64,000 nt of DNA from an uncultured Acidimicrobiales bacterium (GTDB lineage Bacteria; Actinomycetota; Acidimicrobiia; Acidimicrobiales; UBA8190): NCBI GenBank assembly GCA_963764205.1, contig CAVXRN010000001.1, positions 29,987 through 93,986 on the forward strand, in the 5' to 3' direction. The notes below the pieces were generated by a model. That model did not search any database, was not told the DNA's origin, and worked only from the letters and a program-made list of their open reading frames with translations. The position numbers were made by a program, and so were the translations under genes. Shown here piece after piece: positions 17,118-26,607 of this stretch; position 1 is the first letter of the stretch, and each line of letters begins with the position of its first letter.

Positions 17118-18644
17118 ATGATCGGCAGCCGACGACCGTTGTCGAGAGGACCGGGGTCCGACGACCATTTGGTTTGGTACCGGACCTCCGTGGCAGGGAG
17201 ACGAGCCGTCTATGGCGTCGGAGGTGCCGACGGACCACCAGTGGTGTTCCTGCACGGCTGGGCGCTCGGGAGCCGGGCCTACAAGCGGGCCATGCGACGC
17301 TTGACCACCCGCGGATGCCGCGTGTTCGCTCCCGCCCTGCCCTGCTTCGGCGGTACCGCAGACCTTCCGTGCCGCTCGATGAACATGGGTGGCTACGCCG
17401 ACTGGGTGGCGTCGTTCATGGCCGCGGTCGGGATCGAGGAGCCGGCCCTCGTGATCGGCCACTCGTTCGGCGGCGGCGTCGCCATGAAGCTGGCCCGAGA
17501 CCGACCGGCACTCGTGCGGTATCTCGTGCTGCTCAACGCCATCGGCGGTCTCAATACGCGGCGCCCGTGGGAATGGCCCGTGGCGTTCGGCCGCGAATTC
17601 CTGCCTCTCTCGGACGGTTGGGAGTTGGTCCAAGCGATGCGCGCCGACCTCGTGCCCAATGTCCTTCGCAATCCTCTGGGCATGGCGTGGGCGGGACTCG
17701 TCGCACAACGTGCCGATCTGGAGTTCGATATGGCGGAGCTGAGCAAGTCCGACATCCCGGTTCTCGCGCTGACGAGCGAGAAGGACAGCGTGATCCCCCG
17801 CTCGGCATTCGAGGCGGTCTGTACGACGGTGGGTGCCGATCGTCGCATCGTGAGCGGAGGTCACGCCTGGCTGCTGGTCGATCCGGACTCGTTCGGAGAG
17901 GTGCTTGCATCGACGATCGAAGTGCAAGTTGCGGCGCATCAGTCGTCGCGGGCCGCGGATCGAAGAAGTGAAGTCGAACGCCTGCTCAAGCGCTCCAAGT
18001 TCTCGAAGCGAGACATCCAATCCCTGGTCGGGTCGGCGCCGCCCCTGTGGCTGCTGAGTGACGGCGCACCGGTGCTGGCCAGTGATCTGGTGCTGTGTCG
18101 ACCGAAGTTGCAACCGGGCGAGGTCAGGGCCCTGGCCCGGCACATCGAAGATTCAACGTTGGTGCGGCTCACGATCGCAGCCCGAGACAGGCGAGGCCTC
18201 CTCGCCGACAGCGCTGCGGTCTTGACGGCGAGTGGCCTGTCCATCTCGAGCGCGTCGGCGTCGACATGGAAAAGGCAACATCTCGCTCTTCATTCGTTCA
18301 TCGTCGGGGGCGGAGCTCAATTCGACAGCGCTGCGTGGGACGCGCTCGGCGACCAATTGCGGAGCATGGTGGCGGCGGGCATGGTGCCCTCACCCACGTT
18401 CCGACCGCTCGGGCCGGTGAAGGTAACCGTCCAAGGTGCCGGTGATCGATCGATGGTGAACGTGGTCGCCCCCGATGCGCAAGGCCTCCTGACGGCGATC
18501 TGCAGGTATCTGCACCTTCATGACGTCGACATCGAGACGCTCCACGCGCGCACCCGCGACGACATCGCCGATGACACCTTCTTGGTGATCGGCGACGTCG
18601 ACGCCGAGGGACTCAGGGCCCATCTCGAGAACGCGCCGTCCTGA
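17118..18644 (+). CDS. alpha/beta hydrolase fused to two C-terminal ACT-like domains
   Basis: The N-terminal half has VVFLHGW and GHSFGG. The C-terminal ~190 aa hold two GlnD-like ACT segments (LVRLTIAARDRRGLLADSAAVLTASGLSI and MVNVVAPDAQGLLTAICRYLHLHDVDI). The start is ATG 17118 or GTG 17112. Confidence 0.8.
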   Translation: MIGSRRPLSRGPGSDDHLVWYRTSVAGRRAVYGVGGADGPPVVFLHGWALGSRAYKRAMRRLTTRGCRVFAPALPCFGGTADLPCRSMNMGGYADWVASFMAAVGIEEPALVIGHSFGGGVAMKLARDRPALVRYLVLLNAIGGLNTRRPWEWPVAFGREFLPLSDGWELVQAMRADLVPNVLRNPLGMAWAGLVAQRADLEFDMAELSKSDIPVLALTSEKDSVIPRSAFEAVCTTVGADRRIVSGGHAWLLVDPDSFGEVLASTIEVQVAAHQSSRAADRRSEVERLLKRSKFSKRDIQSLVGSAPPLWLLSDGAPVLASDLVLCRPKLQPGEVRALARHIEDSTLVRLTIAARDRRGLLADSAAVLTASGLSISSASASTWKRQHLALHSFIVGGGAQFDSAAWDALGDQLRSMVAAGMVPSPTFRPLGPVKVTVQGAGDRSMVNVVAPDAQGLLTAICRYLHLHDVDIETLHARTRDDIADDTFLVIGDVDAEGLRAHLENAPS

Positions 18645-18860
18645 CCGGGTCATCGCCGGAGGATGAGATCGGGCTGAGCAGCTTCTGGTGGGTTGCCGAC
18701 AGAGCCCCGGCGGACGGGAGCGCAGAGCCTCGATTCGAGTCCGGTGCGGATCCGATCGGTCCGATCTCGCACAGCCGTAGGAGCGCAGAGAGGGGAGTGG
18801 CGCCCCTAGGTGAGAGGCTGGTTCAAATCTGGATCGGGACCGAACACGCCGAGGAGCGAC

Positions 18861-20015
18861 ATGGAAGGACCGAGGATTCCCGGAACGAACGTCCGCCCGG
18901 GTTCCGAGCACATGGCCACGTGGATCGAGCTCTTCTACGACCTCATCTACGTGGCGGCGCTCCTCATCTTCAGCTCGGCTGTCGCCCACCTGCACACCTT
19001 CTCAGAGACCCTCAGGATCGTGGTGGTCTTCGCGGCTTCCTGGTGGGTGTGGTTCACGACCACGGTCTGCGCCAACCGCTTTCACATGAGCGACCTGATG
19101 CACCGCCTGCTCCTCCTGTGCCAGATGACGATCATCGTCCTGATGGCCATGGAGTCCCAGGTTTCGGTGAAGGGGCACACGGCGCTGTTGTGCGGTGAGT
19201 TCGGCCTGCTCCTGGCCCTCCTAGCTGTCATGCACGTTCGCGCCGCCCGCCTTCGAACGAGCGACCGCCTCTATGCCAGGCGTCTGGTCGGATTGACCTC
19301 CGTCGGGACCGTCGTCTTCCTGGCGACGGTGTTCCTGCCCGAGTCGGCGCGCCTGTGGGTGGCCGGGGTGACCCTGGCCGGACTCGTGGCGGCGGCGCTA
19401 CTGTCCCTCTCCGCTCTGGCTCCGCTCGTCGCGGCGGACGAGGAGCACCTCGTCGAGCGGATGGGCCTTTTCACGCTCATCGTCTGCGGCGAGGCCTTCA
19501 TCGAGGTGGCCATCACGGTGAGCAACCAGACCATCACCGGGGTCGACGTGGTCTCACTGATCTTCGAGTTCGTTCTGGTGTTCGCGCTCTTCACCGCCTA
19601 CTTCGAGGACATTCCAGCCGCCGGCCTGGTCCAGCGGCGCCTGGCCCCTTGGGCACTGGCTCACCTTGTCGCTCAGATCGGCATAGCCGCCACCGGGGTG
19701 GGGGCTTCGAAGCTTGTCGATCTGGAGGCTTCGGTCCAGCTGCCGGACGCTGAGATCCTGAAGCTGATGGTGCCCCTCGCGGCCGTCTACCTGGCGCTGG
19801 CCGTGGTGGGCTCGTGCACCCGGCGCCGGCCGGCGCGCCCCCTGGCCATCGCCCACACTGTCTCGGCCGGAGCCGTGGTCCTGGTCGGGGTGGTGTGCTG
19901 GGCTCTCCCCTTCGTCCACCTCTCCGAGGCCTTGCCCCTCTTCTGTGTCGTCGCCGTCCTCAACGCTGCAGCCGTAGTCCGTCTGCGTGCTCGGACCGAG
20001 GTGATGGCCGCCTGA
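18861..20015 (+). CDS. low-temperature-requirement protein A (LtrA) family membrane protein
   Basis: ATG 18861 follows gaggag. The ATWIELFYDLIYVAAL signature is present and the protein is polytopic. Confidence 0.8.
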   Translation: MEGPRIPGTNVRPGSEHMATWIELFYDLIYVAALLIFSSAVAHLHTFSETLRIVVVFAASWWVWFTTTVCANRFHMSDLMHRLLLLCQMTIIVLMAMESQVSVKGHTALLCGEFGLLLALLAVMHVRAARLRTSDRLYARRLVGLTSVGTVVFLATVFLPESARLWVAGVTLAGLVAAALLSLSALAPLVAADEEHLVERMGLFTLIVCGEAFIEVAITVSNQTITGVDVVSLIFEFVLVFALFTAYFEDIPAAGLVQRRLAPWALAHLVAQIGIAATGVGASKLVDLEASVQLPDAEILKLMVPLAAVYLALAVVGSCTRRRPARPLAIAHTVSAGAVVLVGVVCWALPFVHLSEALPLFCVVAVLNAAAVVRLRARTEVMAA

Positions 20016-20248
20016 GTCGGTTGTCCACCTCGAATTCGGGCAATCGTTGTCGACATCGATACGAACGCAATAGCAATTCGGATGTCGTCGTGTCATCCGA
20101 AAGGGCAATGCCGAGCTCAGGCCACGAGTTCGACCGCGAATAACTGCGCAAACCGACCGGACTCGATGGCCAACAGTCCCTGTTTGCCGAGACGTTCGGC
20201 CTGTGTAACATGCCAGCCGAGGCTGGATGCCGCAGCGAGAGGAGACCC

Positions 20249-20413
20249 ATGTCGGGATTCTCTTATCTGACACAGCACGGGAGATATCGGCAGGTCACCC
20301 CGGCCGTGGCATCTGACGCCACGCCGATTGCAGTGATCGAAAGCTTCCGACGCTTCTTCGACGCGCTCCATCTCGTTCTGGCCCACCGTGTGGCTCTTTG
20401 GAAGTCCTCATGA
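20249..20413 (+). CDS. small hypothetical protein translationally coupled to the MFS gene
   Basis: A 54-aa ORF (MSGFSYLTQHGRYRQVTPAVASDATPIAVIESFRRFFDALHLVLAHRVALWKSS). A gaggag sits at 20239-20244, and the stop overlaps the MFS ATG (ATGA at 20410-20413). I recognise no family. Confidence 0.3.
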   Translation: MSGFSYLTQHGRYRQVTPAVASDATPIAVIESFRRFFDALHLVLAHRVALWKSS

Positions 20414-21813
20414 GTCAACCGGCTCCGTCTGAAACGACGGGGCTGCGACGAATGCTCGTGCCCTTGGCGTTGGCGCAGTTCATTTGCAGCTTCGCCGGTT
20501 CGAATATGAACGTGATGATCAACGACATCAGTCACGATCTGGACACGACGGTCCAGGGTGTACAGGTTGCCATCACGTTGTTCCTCCTCGTGATGGCCGC
20601 CCTCATGATTCCAGGAGGCAAGCTGACAGATCGCTGGGGTCGGAAGCGGTGCTTCACGCTGGGACTCTGGATCTACGCCGTCGGTGCCGTCTTGAGTGCC
20701 CTTTCGCCTGGATTGGGAGTCCTCATCCTCGGGAACTCGATCCTCGAGGGGGTGGGCACCGCCTTGTTGATCCCTCCCGTGTACATCCTGACGACGATGC
20801 TCTTTACCGATTTCAAGGCGCGAGCCAAGGCATTCGGCGTCATCAGCGGTATGGGAGGCGTTGGTGCAGCGACTGGACCCTTGATCGGCGGCGTCATCAC
20901 GACAACCATCAGTTGGCGAGCCGCCTTTGTCTTCCAGGCCATCATCGTCATGATCATCGTCTACCTTGCTCGCCACATTCATGACCCGGTGGCACCGGAC
21001 CCCGGACGTCCGTTCGACACGGTAGGGGCCATCCTTTCCGCCTTGGGATTGGTCGTTTTTGTGATGGGAATCCTCGCGGCGGACAACAACGTGACCTTGA
21101 TGGCTCTCCTCCTGCTCGCCGGTGCGGGGATCCTTGCCGGCTTCTTCATGTGGATCCGCTCGCGCGAGCGCGCCGGCAAGGAGGCATTACTCTCCACCGC
21201 CCTCTTTCACAATCGCATTTCGAACCTTGGGCTCGTGACCCAGAACGTGCAGTGGCTGATACTGATGGGTACGTCCTTCGTCGTCTCGGCCTACCTCCAA
21301 GTGGTGCGGGGGTACAACGCCATACAGACCGGGGTGATCTTCACGGCGGCCACCGTAGGCATCTTGGTGTCCTCACTCGCAGCGGGACGCCTTGCTCGGC
21401 GGTTCCAGCAGCGAACGCTCATCCTCACTGGTTTTGTCACGAGCATTCTGGGTGTCGTGTTCCTCCTCGCGATCGTTAAACACTCACCCAGCCCATGGGC
21501 CTTTGCCCCGGGACTCTTGCTCATCGGTTTGGGCCTCGGGACCATGCTCACGCCCTCGGTCAACGTCGTGCAATCAGCGTTTCCCGAGGAGCGTCAAGGA
21601 GAGATCTCCGGGTTGTCGCGGAGCGTCTCCAACCTGGGTTCGTCTTTCGGCACCGCTATCGCCGGCACGATCCTCGTTTCGGGATTGGCCACCCCCACCC
21701 ACTCCTACGCCCTCGCCATGATCGTTGTCGCGGCCGTTGGTTTCGTCGGCTTGGTAGCAACGGCATTCCTTCGGAATCCCGATCCGGCGCAGGCGCCAGA
21801 GACCCGACCGTGA
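20410..21813 (+). CDS. MFS transporter (DHA2/EmrB-QacA-like, ~14 TMS)
   Basis: It has the GGKLTDRWGRKR motif A and many TM segments. Confidence 0.9.
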   Translation: MSQPAPSETTGLRRMLVPLALAQFICSFAGSNMNVMINDISHDLDTTVQGVQVAITLFLLVMAALMIPGGKLTDRWGRKRCFTLGLWIYAVGAVLSALSPGLGVLILGNSILEGVGTALLIPPVYILTTMLFTDFKARAKAFGVISGMGGVGAATGPLIGGVITTTISWRAAFVFQAIIVMIIVYLARHIHDPVAPDPGRPFDTVGAILSALGLVVFVMGILAADNNVTLMALLLLAGAGILAGFFMWIRSRERAGKEALLSTALFHNRISNLGLVTQNVQWLILMGTSFVVSAYLQVVRGYNAIQTGVIFTAATVGILVSSLAAGRLARRFQQRTLILTGFVTSILGVVFLLAIVKHSPSPWAFAPGLLLIGLGLGTMLTPSVNVVQSAFPEERQGEISGLSRSVSNLGSSFGTAIAGTILVSGLATPTHSYALAMIVVAAVGFVGLVATAFLRNPDPAQAPETRP

Positions 21814-21868
21814 GGCCGCAAAGGTTCTCCATGCCTCCCGGGTTTCGGGCGCTGACGAAGGGTGCCTG

Positions 21869-22222
21869 ATGTTCAAGCCATGGCCGTGGCCCTCCGATCT
21901 CGATGCCATGGTCGCGGCGCCGGAGTTCCATACGGTCCTTCTCGAGAACGAGCGGGTCCGGGTCCTCTACGGTCGGGTCGCACCGGGCGTCGTGGTGCCC
22001 GTGCACACCCACCGCTGGGGAGGCGTCCTTTATGTCCTGGGCGCCAGCGACTTCGTTCGCCGCGATCCGGAGGGAAACGTACTCGCCGACACGCGGGTGT
22101 CCAAGTTGAAGCCCGTTGAGGGTGCCGCGGTGTGGGCTGGCCCGTTGACGCCGCACTCGTTTGAGAATGTGGGCAACGAGGAGTTCCGCACGCTCACCGT
22201 CGAGATGAAGGACCCGGAGTAG
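21869..22222 (+). CDS. cupin-domain protein
   Basis: A 117-aa ORF with VVPVHTHRWGGVLYVL ... PHSFENVG. Confidence 0.7.
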   Translation: MFKPWPWPSDLDAMVAAPEFHTVLLENERVRVLYGRVAPGVVVPVHTHRWGGVLYVLGASDFVRRDPEGNVLADTRVSKLKPVEGAAVWAGPLTPHSFENVGNEEFRTLTVEMKDPE

Positions 22223-22244
22223 TGCGTGACGACGTGCTTTCTCG

Positions 22245-24320
22245 CTACGCCTTTCTCGTCGAGCGCCGGTTGGCGCGATCGGTGTCGACGCGGCCTCGCC
22301 CGAATGCGTCGGTTCGTCCCCATCGGCCGGGAATATCGAGTAGTTCTATGTGGCCGATGCTCTTGGGGAGCACCGGCTCCACCACCAGGTGGGGCCCGAT
22401 CGGTTCGAGGCCGAGCATCGTGCGGAACAGCAAGAGGGGGGCACCCGTCGACCACGCCTGGGGACTACAGGCGGTCGGGTACTGCACCGGGTACTTCGTC
22501 ACGGCACGGGGGTAGCCGCCGAAGGCCTCGGGCAGACGACCCTCGAAGAACTCCGCCGCGGCGAGGATCCCCTCGGCGATCTGCGCCGCCTCCTCTTTGA
22601 AGCCGTAGCGTCGCAAGCCCCAAGCGATGAACGAGTTGTCGAAAGGCCACACCGTGCCGACGTGGTAGCCGATGGGGTTGAAACGCCCCTCTCCCTCGGC
22701 CAAGGTGCGCACCCCCCAGCCCGAGAACAGCCGCTCGCCCAGGAGATGCCCGGCGACCGCCTTGGCCTTGGACTTGTCGACGATTCCGCTCCACAAGAGA
22801 TGGCCGTTGTTCGACGTGAGGGTGTCCACCTGCCGTCCCTCCTCGTCGAGGGCTACGGCAAAATACTGGCCGTCCTGGACCCAGAAGTCACGGTTGAACC
22901 GGCGCTTCAAGTCGGCCGCCTCCTTCTCGAGACGATCGGCGAACTCGACGTCGTGCCACACCAGCCGAGCAAGGCGGGCGCCCCGCATCTTGGCGTCATA
23001 GGCATACCCCTGAAGCTCGCATGTGGCCCGGGGGAACCCTGGCAGGGTGCCGTCGCTGAACGAGATGGAGTCCCACGAGTCCTTCCAGCACTGGTTCTCG
23101 AGACCGGTCTTCTCGTTGCGACGCTTGTACGACACATACCCGTTGCCTTGGAGGTCGGCGTACTCGTCGATCCACGTGAGCGCGGCGCGCGCCTCGAACT
23201 CCAGCTCGCGCACGAGCTTCGCGTCACCCGTCCAGCGTTCGTACTCATCCATCAGGACCACGTACAGGGGCGTGGCGTCCGCACAGCCGTAGTACGGCGA
23301 GTGCGGGCGCTCCTCGAAGGCGGTGAGCTCGCCGTACCGCATCTCGTGGAGAATGCGGCCGGGGTCCTCGTCTCGGAAGTCGTCGAGCCGCGTCCCCTGG
23401 CGAGCACCGAGGGCGCGCAGCGTGGTGGCGGCCAGGTCGGGCATGAAGGGGAGCGCCTGGAGGCTGGTGAAGATGCTGTCGCGCCCGAACATCGTCATGA
23501 ACCAGGGCAGGCCTGCCGCCGGCAGGGCATGGTTCGGGAGCACGGGGGCGACAAAGCGCAAGGCGGCGAGATCAACCAGGCTGCGACGGTAGGTGACCTT
23601 GAGGGCGTCGTCGTCGCAGTTCAGCTTCGGCGCGTCGTCGACAGTTCGCTGAAGATTCGCAGCCATCGAGGCGCCGACGTTGGCTCGCGTCCGCAATTCC
23701 CGACCCTGTGTCAAAGTCGAATCCAGAGCCGAGCGGGCCGTGTTGACGATCAGCTCCGTACTCCAGCGGCCATGCGGCTCGATCTTGACGGTGAAGGTCA
23801 ATCCGTGGTCGTCGACGGTCACCGGGGGAGTAGCCATGATCCAGGTCTCTCGCACGAATGTCTGGCGGTGGTACTTCAGTTTGAGGCAGCTTCCGTCAAC
23901 GGTGCGCTCGTACGTGCCCTTCTTCTTGAGAGCGTCTTTCACCTCGAAGAGATCGGCGAAATCGCTGGCCGCTTCGAGGCGGATTTCGAGCTCGACCGGA
24001 TCGGGTCGGTGGTTCAAGATGATCAGCTCTTCGTGGAAGCCATTTGCCACCACCCGCCGCCGGATGACCGACAGGTCGGAATCGACGTATACGGTGCCGG
24101 TACCTGGCACCAAGAAGAACCGCGCCTCGAAATACTGAAGGTCGTCGGTGGACAAGGCGCTGAGCCGATCCCCGTTCACCGTGAGAACCCAGCGCGACAG
24201 GAAGCGGGTGTCGAAGGAGAAGAGCCCGGTGGGGTCGGTGAGCGATGCTTCGATGTCGCCCCGTGCATCACTGACGACGAACGTGTTGCCGTCAAGGATC
24301 TTGACGAGATCGTCGCTCAT
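22245..24320 (-). CDS. amylo-alpha-1,6-glucosidase / glycogen-debranching-enzyme-like protein
   Basis: A 691-aa ORF. The N-terminal KILDGNTFVVSDARGDI...GLFSFDTRFLSRW is GDE_N-like, and it has a C-terminal six-hairpin glucosidase-like region. Confidence 0.85.
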   Translation of the reverse strand: MSDDLVKILDGNTFVVSDARGDIEASLTDPTGLFSFDTRFLSRWVLTVNGDRLSALSTDDLQYFEARFFLVPGTGTVYVDSDLSVIRRRVVANGFHEELIILNHRPDPVELEIRLEAASDFADLFEVKDALKKKGTYERTVDGSCLKLKYHRQTFVRETWIMATPPVTVDDHGLTFTVKIEPHGRWSTELIVNTARSALDSTLTQGRELRTRANVGASMAANLQRTVDDAPKLNCDDDALKVTYRRSLVDLAALRFVAPVLPNHALPAAGLPWFMTMFGRDSIFTSLQALPFMPDLAATTLRALGARQGTRLDDFRDEDPGRILHEMRYGELTAFEERPHSPYYGCADATPLYVVLMDEYERWTGDAKLVRELEFEARAALTWIDEYADLQGNGYVSYKRRNEKTGLENQCWKDSWDSISFSDGTLPGFPRATCELQGYAYDAKMRGARLARLVWHDVEFADRLEKEAADLKRRFNRDFWVQDGQYFAVALDEEGRQVDTLTSNNGHLLWSGIVDKSKAKAVAGHLLGERLFSGWGVRTLAEGEGRFNPIGYHVGTVWPFDNSFIAWGLRRYGFKEEAAQIAEGILAAAEFFEGRLPEAFGGYPRAVTKYPVQYPTACSPQAWSTGAPLLLFRTMLGLEPIGPHLVVEPVLPKSIGHIELLDIPGRWGRTDAFGRGRVDTDRANRRSTRKA

Positions 24321-24715
24321 CGCTGAACCTCTTGCTGTCGCTCGAGAAACGACGCCCGCGAGTCGGGCGGCCCCGGGAGCAGCCGATCGAATGAGGCCAG
24401 GAGACCCAGGTCCCCTTCGACGTCGACGACGCCGCGCAGTATGGCGGCATCAGTGTTCATCGTGCCCTTGCACATGCGCTCGAACAGAGTCTTCTCTGTC
24501 CGCATCACGGCGTCGGCCTTGGCGTTTCGGTGCGACACCGTGACGCTGCCACGCTCAAGGGTGACGTACCAGTGCTCGACAGACGAGTCGTCGATGATGT
24601 CGAAACGTAGTGTCCCCGACGCGTGGTGAAGGAGCGGCTGAGGCCCTCTCGAGGTGACGTCGTCGAAGAAGGCGGTCGCCGCGTCGCGGTTCGTGGGCTT
24701 GGGTTTTGGGCTCAT
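24317..24715 (-). CDS. SCP2 sterol-binding-domain protein
   Basis: A 132-aa ORF with GTLRFDIIDD...RTEKTLFERMCKGTMNTDAAILRGVVDVEGDLGLL. It has an ATGA overlap with the glucosidase gene. Confidence 0.75.
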   Translation of the reverse strand: MSPKPKPTNRDAATAFFDDVTSRGPQPLLHHASGTLRFDIIDDSSVEHWYVTLERGSVTVSHRNAKADAVMRTEKTLFERMCKGTMNTDAAILRGVVDVEGDLGLLASFDRLLPGPPDSRASFLERQQEVQR

Positions 24716-24756
24716 CGTCGAGATCTCCTGTCCGCCAGTGCCATCGGGCTGCGTCC

Positions 24757-26193
24757 TCAGACGTTCTCGATGGCCTCGAGCCGCCCGGAAGCGATGGCCT
24801 TCGCGAAGGCCTGGTAGTCCTGCTCATTCTGCTGCGCGTATCGGAGGGAGAAGTCCGTGATCGACAGGTCGAACTTGTCGCTCTTCCCGAGATATGCGGC
24901 CAGGGCCACGGCGTCTCCCGATCGGGCGTGGGCGCGGGCAAGGGTCCATCCGCACAGCCCGGCATAGAAGCTGAGCATGGCCGGGCTCATGAGCTCGACC
25001 AGGGCCGAGGCCTTCATGTCCCGGAGTTGGCGCCAGTACAGGTGCCGGTTCGCCTCGGCTCCCTTCGACCATCCCAGGTAGATGTCGCTGGCGGCCTGCA
25101 TGAGGCGTTGCCCCTGGACCACCCGCTCCCCTGGTTCCTTGAAGCGGCTCTTGGGGAGGTGGTCCTCGAGCACGGAGGCCGATGCCTCCTTGACCTGGAG
25201 GAACAGCGGGTCCTGCTCGTCGCGGCCTTCGAGCAAGACGATGAACGCCCGGGTGCCGACACTGCCCACGCCCACCACTTTGCGGGCGATGTCGACGACC
25301 TGGAATCGCTCCAGGAGGTGCCGGCGGTCCTCCTGCAACGTGGCCCGGTAGGCGCGGAATTGCTTGTGGACCATGTTCTGGAGCTCGTCGCCGGAGTACC
25401 CGTACATGGCCTCGAGGTCGCGCGCCGGGATGACCACGGGCGGCTGGCTGACGATCCGGTATCGACCGTTTACCACTTCGGCGAGCTTCGCCAGCGCTTG
25501 CAGACTGTCGCGGCTATGTGCCTTTTGGAGGGTCTTGCGACCACGCTCCAGCTCCTTCTTGGCCAGGGCTGCCCCCTCCTTCGTGGGGCTTCCCTTGGTC
25601 AAGGTGCGCGACGCGCCCATCACCTCTTGCTCGGTCAGCCGGGCATACCAAAGTTCCATGTTCCCCATTTGGGCGAACTCGTTCATCGCGTCGCGATATG
25701 CCTTCACTGAATCGACCGTCGCCGCTCTGGTTTCGGCTTTGGTGAAGCCGTTGTTCCGTCCTGCGATGGTGAAGCTCGCCGCCATGCGCTTGACGTCGTA
25801 CTCGAACGGACCGGGCAGCGTCTCGTCGAAGTCGTTCAGGTCGAACAAGAGCGTCCGCTCGGGCGAGGCGAATCCCCCGAAGTTCGAGAGGTGCGCGTCG
25901 CCGCAGAGCTGGACATCAAGGCCGGCCGTCGGGGTGTCCTTCAAGTCGGCGGCCATGATCTTGGCTGCGCCCCGATAGAAGGTGAAGGCGGAGACCATCA
26001 TTCTTCCGTGGCGCACGGGTACGAGGTCCCGCTCTCGAGTGACGTTCTGGGACTCGAGCAGGGCAACCGGGTCAGGACGGTCACTGGCTGGTACCCAGCC
26101 GCTGTGGGTTCCGAGCGGCGTCCGCTCGCGGGCGTCTTTGCCCTTGGATCGGCGCTCGCTGACACTGAGGTGCGCGATCCTCGTGATGACCAT
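24757..26193 (-). CDS. DUF2252 domain protein
   Basis: A 478-aa ORF with VRHGRMMVSAFTFYRGAA...CGDAHLSNFG...DLNDFDE. aggaga lies upstream of ATG 26193. Confidence 0.8.
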   Translation of the reverse strand: MVITRIAHLSVSERRSKGKDARERTPLGTHSGWVPASDRPDPVALLESQNVTRERDLVPVRHGRMMVSAFTFYRGAAKIMAADLKDTPTAGLDVQLCGDAHLSNFGGFASPERTLLFDLNDFDETLPGPFEYDVKRMAASFTIAGRNNGFTKAETRAATVDSVKAYRDAMNEFAQMGNMELWYARLTEQEVMGASRTLTKGSPTKEGAALAKKELERGRKTLQKAHSRDSLQALAKLAEVVNGRYRIVSQPPVVIPARDLEAMYGYSGDELQNMVHKQFRAYRATLQEDRRHLLERFQVVDIARKVVGVGSVGTRAFIVLLEGRDEQDPLFLQVKEASASVLEDHLPKSRFKEPGERVVQGQRLMQAASDIYLGWSKGAEANRHLYWRQLRDMKASALVELMSPAMLSFYAGLCGWTLARAHARSGDAVALAAYLGKSDKFDLSITDFSLRYAQQNEQDYQAFAKAIASGRLEAIENV

Positions 26194-26607
26194 GGTGGCC
26201 TCTCCTTCTGATGCGTTCGGTGCAATGCCCTCGTGACGGTCCGGCCGTCGGTGCCCCCACGCCCCCTACCGTGCGGCGGAAGGCTGGCGGGTCACGGCGA
26301 ACAATCGGTCAGTGACACATCGACGGCAGATTCGCCGGCTCCGTGGCCCGCTGCCCGTACCTCGTCCGGCACCACCGTCCTACACTAGACACGCCATAGG
26401 CCCTGCGCCCGAGCGGTTCTTTGCCGAGCGCGGCGCGTGCGAGCGCACGCCCGAGAACTGGGCGGTACCAGGCGATGCTCGACTTCGTTCTCCTGGGCGG
26501 TTCGTGACCGCCGTACGTACCGAGCCGTGGTGGACAGGCGCGTCGCGGCCCACCCATGGCTACCGCTACCTCGTCCAACCGAGACTGGCGCGGGGCTCAG
26601 GCCGGCA

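Noticed and set aside
16092-18143. A 683-aa minus-strand ORF as a single large protein.
   Set aside because: Only the last 312 aa (from ATG 17030) carry SDR motifs. The N-terminal 370 aa are junk and overlap the well-supported hydrolase-ACT gene on the opposite strand.
18700-18840. tRNA-like T-arm strings (cgattcgagtccgg and ggttcaaatctgg) that might indicate a tRNA gene or an att-site remnant.
   Set aside because: The flanking 5-nt segments do not base-pair into a T-stem. No acceptor or anticodon arms can be drawn. No integrase is nearby.
26194-26607. A possible hidden gene in the 410-nt gap upstream of DUF2252.
   Set aside because: Only two mutually antisense R/P-rich ORFs exist here (26309..26578 and 26312..26734), and neither is protein-like. 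The gap is left as a leader and promoter region.
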